This document shows positions 56,590-64,000 of a stretch of DNA of 64,000 nucleotides, piece by piece. Under the pieces are notes generated by a model that was given only the letters and a program-made list of their open reading frames with translations, searched no databases and had not been told where the DNA came from. Within the stretch, counting starts at the first letter, position 1. Every line of letters begins with the position of its first letter. Both the position numbers and the translations under genes were made by a program. The stretch is taken from positions 32,922,001-32,986,000 of the forward strand of contig OX597828.1 in NCBI GenBank assembly GCA_951406725.2. Direction: 5' to 3'. This DNA is from Octopus vulgaris. Lineage: Eukaryota.

Positions 56590-57375
56590 CGAGGCATATT
56601 TACTGAAGATTTCCCATTACTTATTTCCGTTTATTGTAGGAAATGGTACTTGTATCGGTATAATCATATATTTCTCTACATGTGACATTGTAAACTACAG
56701 TGTTTCACTATTATTCGTTTGTCTTTTGCGGATGTTGAAGTGGGCTAAGGTGTTATAATGGAGGCAGTTGAATGAAGATTACTGACCAGGTTCTTATACT
56801 TGAAAAGTCGTACTGCAAAATAAACTTTCGATAAGATGAAAGAAGTTTATGGCGACAATGCACCATCATACGACGTAATCGAGCGCCGGCATCACCAGTT
56901 CAAATATGGGCGTACATCGGTGGTAACGACCACATTCATATTCATGAACGACCACATTCCACCATTCATGACACCACACATAAAGAGGAAATTGCCAATT
57001 TGGTGGGTCGACGTATAACCATTCAGCAACTAGCCCAAGAAGTGCAGATAAGTGTAGGTCCGTAGAAAAATCCTTTACGACCATTTGCACATACGGAAGG
57101 TGTCTTTACGATGTATTCCAGCCATGAAGTCTTTTTTTTTTTGAAGGGGAAGAACTTTTCGGGTGATGATAAACTTATTTTCGAGGTAAAACATTGGCTC
57201 CACATACAACCTACCGACTTCTACAGACGAGGTCCTCCCAGCTGCATAAAGCGATTGCAGAAGAGTGTCACCATTGGTGGTGGCTATGTAGGGAAGGACT
57301 AATAATTATGCCAACTTTCGTTTATTCCTATCCTTGGGAAGTGGATCTGGGGAATTCTTTAATTAACACACTTCG
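56590..57375 (+). mobile_element. Internally deleted mariner relic (irritans-like)
   Basis: MKEVYGDNAPSYDVIERRHHQFKYGRTSV and LKGKNFSGDDKLIFEVKHWL..DFYRRG..GGYVGKD*; degenerate TA-CGAG..CTTCG-TA ends. Confidence 0.7.
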
Positions 57376-57409
57376 TATCTTCCGATCTGTCAAATTCTCT
57401 CCTTCCCTC

Positions 57410-57459
<50 letters not shown>

Positions 57460-57584
57460 ACTGTATATAAGACTTTTCCATTCTTCCCGAACGTTCAACT
57501 GATACACCTGCTTATTGTTCCTACACATGCCTTCGTCATTCGCTTTCTGCAAATTTGAATTATATATATATATATATATATATA

Positions 57585-57930
57585 GAACCCTGGAGATGTT
57601 ACTCATCCGCAACAGGAGTTGGATGCAGTATACGCGTTGGCTGAGGAAAATGACATGCGAATTAATGCTGGAAAATTCCAAGCCTTGCGCAAACAGCATG
57701 AAGCTGAATGCAAAGCATACAGAATAGTCTAGATGGCTAAGGAGAGATTGCAATCCCTGAAGGAAAATCAATGCATGGTCTGGCCATTTGCATGAATAAA
57801 GATGCATTTTTCCAGGCGCATACTACTAAGTTGGCAAAATGCAGACGGTTGGCTGAATCGATCCTTAGAACATCTAGAACGAGAGAACAAGAAACCTCTT
57901 GTGAAAGACATTTCCTACTGAATTCTACAG
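57585..57930 (+). mobile_element. CR1-clade LINE RT C-terminal fragment
   Basis: QELDAVYALAEENDMRINAGKFQAL and a GLAICMNKDAFFQAH..RRLAESILRTSRTRE-like segment; frameshifted. Confidence 0.65.
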
Positions 57931-58012
57931 CTTGATATTAACAATGTACACGCGCGTTTCGTATGAAAAATGTATGCGTGGATCAAGCGTGGGTGACTTC
58001 ACACACACAAAC

Positions 58013-58092
<80 letters not shown>

Positions 58093-58139
58093 GTATATAT
58101 ATAACAAAGTGGAGTTGTAGGGTAACGCACGAGTGGAAT

Positions 58140-58238
58140 TATATACGAAAGAAGGTTTGAAAATGCTATTTTAAAAGATGTTTATTAAAGTAAATAAACA
58201 TATTTTAAAATTGCATTTTCAAACCTTCTTTCGTATAT
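58140..58238. repeat. ~100-bp AT-rich hairpin/palindrome
   Basis: TATATACGAAAGAAGGTTTGAAAATGC..TGTTTATT / AATAAACA..GCATTTTCAAACCTTCTTTCGTATATA. Confidence 0.85.
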
Positions 58239-58524
58239 ATATATATATATAATAAGAACATTATTAATAATAAATTATGATATCAGTGTCCGCCAGCATA
58301 AAAAAACCTATAGGCGTATTAGTAAATATATAGAAGTAATATATAATTAGGGTACTAAAGAGGATAACCAGCTTTGTTAAAAACCATAGTCATAAAAACT
58401 CCGAAGACAAGAATTTTCATTAAATTTTTACAGGTATGGTGGAAAAAAAACTAAGTGAATAAGAATTGTATTTCACATATACAAAATTTTGAAAGGAATG
58501 GCAGTTAACCTGATATCATGATTC

Positions 58525-58586
<62 letters not shown>

Positions 58587-58734
58587 TATATATGCATACA
58601 GTCTTACATTCATACATACATACATACATACTTACATAGATGGCGTTCAGGCTATATTTGACAGTCTGCTTAAAAGAAAACAAAACCACAATATCTCACC
58701 CAGCAATAAGAGTATTTTACAAAATCAATCAATT

Positions 58735-58920
58735 GTTTTTCTACTCTAGGCACAAGGGCCGAAATTTTGGGGGTGGTGTCCAGTCGGTTAGATCGACCCC
58801 AGTACGTAACTGGTACTTAATTTGTCGTCCCTGAAAGGATGAAATGCAAAATGTACCTCGACGAAATTTGATTTCAGAACGGAATGCTTAACGGCATTTC
58901 GTCTGATTTGGTCACTCTCT
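58735..58920 (-). mobile_element. Family A SINE
   Basis: TTTTCTACTCTAGGCACAAGG..GATCGACCCCAGTACGTAACTGGTACTTAATT..GAAAGGATGAAA. Confidence 0.8.
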
Positions 58921-58929
58921 TACCCTTGA

Positions 58930-59430
58930 TATTGCAGGCTGAGAGCTTAGGTTGTCTCTCGACCGTGTCCCACTCATAACAGTCAATAAGAATGGTAATT
59001 GGGTGGTAGAAATTTTTTTGACATCAACTCTTCACTCTATCTGGATGTCTGCCAAGGAGCTGAATCGTACTCCCACACATTTGGTCTTCTAGCAACAACC
59101 ATCTCCAGCCAGAGATCGATGAGTCTGCAACAGTTTCACAAATCAGTTTGGATTGAGCCCTGGCTCAAAGATGTGGAGATGAATCTTGTCCTGGGAATTA
59201 CTGTGCTTGTTCCCGATGGTCACAGCTTCACAATCTCAGTTGTAGCTATCCCTGTTACGTTTTACCGCCCGTACAATGTTCCCAGAATATCGAGCAGCAG
59301 ACATATCGGCTTATTGACACCCGGCACGAATCATCACGATACAAGTAATTCTTTTCCAATATTCAGATGGTTTTATAGTCATTCATGTTGGCTAAATTTT
59401 ACGAAAGTACAATCACCCTCTTAATACTCT
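58930..59430 (-). pseudogene. Diverged DD37D/maT-like transposase relic
   Basis: WLEMVVARRPNVWEYDSAPWQTSR..DCYEWDTVER (cf. YVWQQDSAPCHTSR..DYYVWGAVE). Confidence 0.55.
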
Positions 59431-60489
59431 CCAACGCCGTTGACTAGACATCAGTAATTAAGCTACTATGATAAGAAATTAGGGGACATTAAAAAATCGT
59501 CAAATTTAACCAGAACATTCAGTATATACTATGTATATGTATGTGGTTTTGTGTGTTTATGTGTGTGTATTTGTGTGTCTCTGTGTGTGTGTATGTGTGT
59601 GTGTGTATGTATGTGCAAGTGTGAGAGAATAATAGGGAGAAGGTGAAGGAGAAAGAGAATTGCAACCATGGCTGCAGAGGCTTCCGTTTAAGCGTTCATA
59701 AAATATTTACACACACATAAACATACAGACTCACACACACACACACTCATATTTTCTCTGTCGTATATTTTTCTCTATTTTTTCCTATTTCTATATAACT
59801 TGTGGTATTTATATTTCATGTTTCCATGTTATTTCCAATTTTATTTCTATATTATAGACTTAATCTTAATATTAGTTTAATCTTTTCACATTCGTATTTT
59901 GTAACTCTCATCCTTATCTGTTTCCATTTTATTTTGTCTCTACAATTTTATTCTCATTCTCATATTGACCTTTACAGCCCTTGCTGTCTTTGTACCAACA
60001 TATTCCACATTACAATACTTATATAATCGAGAGATATGTACATAGATAGGTAGCAATATAAAGAAAGGTAACGAAATGGCGGTTGAAAGTATATTTTGCA
60101 TAGCTGTACGTAGTTATGAATGACAGGCATAGAGAATACTAGAGAAGTAGATATGCAAAGTAACAGGCTCCTGGATTGTTATAAATAGATCGATTGAGAG
60201 ATGGACGAACGGATAAATATGTGTGTGTTTCATGCATTGTATGGATGCAAGAGTGAAAGTAAGTGACGTTGTATGAATGTCTGTGTTTCGTCAATCGGGA
60301 GCGCCACAGTTAACATGTAACCCAATATAGCGTATTGCATAATCGGGTCGTCGGTGATTAAACTAGCAACCCCATCATGTTTGCTCGGTGAACAGATGGA
60401 TTTAGAAATATACAACAGGATGAAAATCAAAAGCTGTCAAAGGGAAGATGAACTCAGCCAAATCAAAGACCTTTAGATATTTGCGTGTG

Positions 60490-60579
<90 letters not shown>

Positions 60580-60718
60580 CCTACCTACATACATACATAG
60601 GTAGATAAGTTGATAGATAGATAGATAGATAGATTGATTGATAGATAGTTAGATAGATAGATAGATAGATAGATATAGATAGATAGACTGATTGATATAT
60701 AGTTAGATAGATAGATAC

Positions 60719-60799
<81 letters not shown>

Positions 60800-60800
60800 C
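60490..60800. repeat. (GATA)n microsatellite
   Basis: Directly visible. Confidence 0.95.
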
Positions 60801-61859
60801 ACCTATACATCTCTATTAACATCTGTATATAAATATTCATGGTAGAGGGTAACTGTTAACTTATTACCTGCTGTGTTGTGGTCATTGGCTATCATGCCTT
60901 GAAATTTGCTTCGTGCTTGTTTAACGGCCTCATAGCATTTACTGAACGTGACTCATGAAGAAAGACCTAGTACTGAGATGCGTTGATACCAATTTTAATT
61001 CATTTTATCGGCGCAAATCAAGCCTAACTTCTCAGTACCAAAAGGGCGTTAGAATGTTCTTAAATTGAAACTTCTGGCTGTTGTTTCTGATTGTGCAAGT
61101 AGCTAGGCATTTCGGCTCGTAATCATTATTTAGTGAGACTGATTCAAGAGAGTGGGTAACAGTGAATATATCCACAGGCAAGAAACTTTATGTTTCTCTG
61201 GTCCACCAGAGGCCGACCATCGTTCAATGATAAAAACGTAATGCTTCTAAATTAAGACTTTCATCGACATTCTATGTTAATTTACTTTCCGAAAATATCA
61301 GCGTAATGGCGGCAGTTACTGGATAAATTCTGTATTATTTCCAAAATTATTGAACAAATGACATGCATTTCTAGAGAAATATGATAACGAAAGGTTATCA
61401 GACTCAAGTTATCGTGGAATCTTTATGGGATACGCCAAGGGTAAAACGAAAAATCCTTCAAGATTTAAAGAGTGATACGACCAACAAGAGAGTACGCTTT
61501 CCCAGCATTACCATTCAGCAGCTATTTCTAGTAGCTTGAGTGACTGTACAGATGCTACCACGTTAATCTATAATGACTTACAAACAGGTTAGATGGTTAT
61601 TATAGGATTTATCTTTAATTATACAGTTACAGATTTTCTAGATCAACATGATCTGAAGCAGGAACTGAAATAATATCTACCATTCACAAAAGTACAACAA
61701 TACCAAGAAGAACAACGGCAACAGCATTATGATATCAGCAATAACGATAGAGCAATTGGTTGTAGGTGATGGTGATGGTGTTGGAGTTGAATTTCAAAAG
61801 TATATGGTGGGTGTTTGTAACAGGCCGACCATCCATGTTAAAATCTTGGAAATTTCGAC

Positions 61860-62002
61860 TTGAAATTTTCGCCGAGGCCGATTTTGCCTTTCATACCTTG
61901 GAATTCGATGAAATAAGTTCCAGTTGAGAGCTGGGGCCGATGCCATCGACTTATCCCCTATCCAGATCTTGCTGGACTTGTACCAAAATTTCAAATCAAT
62001 AT
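61860..62002 (+). mobile_element. Family A SINE, 5'-truncated
   Basis: CGCCGAGGCCGATTTTGCCTTTCAT..GATGAAATAAGTTCCAGTTGAG..CTGGGGCCGATG. Confidence 0.7.
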
Positions 62003-62014
62003 TTCTCGCGTTGG

Positions 62015-63031
62015 ATAATGAGGATGATAATGATGATGATGATGATGATGATGACGATGGTGATGACGACGACAATGCTGATGAGGGTGACGGTGATGTT
62101 GATGACTATGATGAAGATGAGGATGAGGATAAGAATTATGACGCTCAAAATGATGATGATGATGATGATGATGATGACGACGACCACGGAAGACTATGAC
62201 GACGACGGCGATGACCCACGATGATGATGATAATGATGCAGACGTGGAAGTAGTAACGGTGTTGTTGTTGGTGGTGGTGGTGCTGCTGTTGATGATGATG
62301 ATCGAAGCAATGATGACGCTCTTAATGAAAGTGATGATGATCATGCCCTCATCATGATAATGACGATGACCATGAAGATGAAGACGGCTTTGATGACGAC
62401 AAATGTGATGATTCTCGTTCTCGTCAACAGATTTAATCGCTACTTTCTTGGTTGCTCCCGCCAACACCAAAATCGCCATCAATCCCGTCATAGTTTCCTT
62501 GTAGTCATCATTCTTTTCGTCAACTGCATCCTCATCCCCGCCTCACCTACCTCTTCATCATCACCATCATAATCGTCACAGTCCTCATTTTTTTCATTTT
62601 CTTCATCGTCCTCATTATCATCGTCCTCCTCTCCTCCTCCGCCTCATCATCAGCAGCAGCAGCAGTACCATCACCACCATCAACATCATCATCAACATCA
62701 TTGTCGTCGTCATCACGTGCAGCAGCAGAAGCAGCATCCTCATTATTATCATCGACGTCATCGTCATCACCGTCATCATTATCATCATCATCATCATCGT
62801 CCTCATTGTTATCATTATTATTTTCCTCAAGAAGATGAACATCATCAGCACTATCTTCAACATCATCATCACCATCATTAGCATCACCATCATCATGATC
62901 ATCACCATCATCATCATCATCATCTTCATCATCATCATCATCATCATCATCCCCACCATCATTATCGTTGTCGTCGTCGTCGTCATCATCATCATCATCA
63001 TCCCCACCGTCATTATTGTTGTCGTCGTCAC

Positions 63032-63063
<32 letters not shown>

Positions 63064-63283
63064 CCACCGTCATTATTGTTGTCGTCGTCACCATCATCAT
63101 CATCATCATTATCATCATCATCTCCACCATCATTATCGTTGTCGTCGTCGTCATCATCATCATCATCATCATCATCCCCACCGTCATTATCGTTGTCGTC
63201 GTCACCATCATCATCACCATCATCATCATTATCATCATCATCATCATCATCATCCCCACCATCATTATTGTTGTTGTCGTCAC

Positions 63284-63357
<74 letters not shown>

Positions 63358-63388
63358 CCACCATCATTATCGTTGTCGTCGTCGTCAC

Positions 63389-63426
<38 letters not shown>

Positions 63427-63847
63427 CCACCATCATTATCGTTGTTGTCGTCGTCACCATCATCATCACCATCATCATCATCATTATCATAATCAGCAGC
63501 AGCAGCAGCAGGTTCTAGGAAGTATTGATGCTAGCAACTACGGCGGCAGCCTTCATAAACATATGTCGTAACAGAAACATCTGAAACACTGCTGGTTCTA
63601 AATATCGTTTCAAGATGAACGGCTCCAGTTCTATTACTTAAACTAACGTTACCAACACCACTATTGTTGTTGTTGTTGTTGCTGCTGATTCTGCTCCTGC
63701 TGCTACCGCTGCTGTTGTTACTGTTACAGCTATGAGGTAGATTTGTTTTTTTTTCTACTGTAGGAATCACACGGAAAAATACTGTAGTGGAGACGGAGTG
63801 TAATTATATTCTGTTCTGCTAGAGGCTGGTGTGTCTATGATGATGAT

Positions 63848-63900
<53 letters not shown>

Positions 63901-64000
63901 TAATAATGATAATGATGATAATAATAATAATAATAATAATAATAATTATAATAATAATGATGATAATAATGATAATAATAATAATAATAATGATAATAAT
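62015..64000. repeat. Trinucleotide low-complexity region ((GAT)n, (CAT)n minisatellite, terminal (AAT)n)
   Basis: Directly visible. Confidence 0.9.

Overview
This is eukaryotic, AT-rich, repeat-saturated DNA, probably intergenic or intronic. The SINE families and extreme microsatellite load suggest a cephalopod (Octopus-like) genome; that is an inference. I find no intact recognisable host gene, rRNA, tRNA or CRISPR array, and almost all listed ORFs are microsatellite translations. Supported content: (i) decayed Tc1/mariner DNA transposons, including one full-length DD34D mariner with TIRs, DD37D/maT-type relics and a MITE; (ii) truncated LINE fragments (CR1, RTE, and R4/Dong-like restriction-endonuclease elements sitting in TAA, CATA or GAT repeats) plus a Penelope-type RT fragment; (iii) many tRNA-type SINEs, including a head-to-tail stack at about 10.6-12.4 kb; (iv) a Helentron-like element; (v) a ~2 kb tandem duplication with microhomology and a templated inverted insertion. 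The main signal is a dense, diverse set of type-I hammerhead ribozyme motifs. One is fully canonical (7423-7508), two have canonical cores with paired-region mismatches, and several have variant or decayed cores, including a U3-A8 covariant. They sit in short non-coding cassettes next to (TA)n runs, often arranged as long palindromes or direct repeats, consistent with Penelope pseudo-LTR or retrozyme-like elements. All folding and alignment was done by eye.
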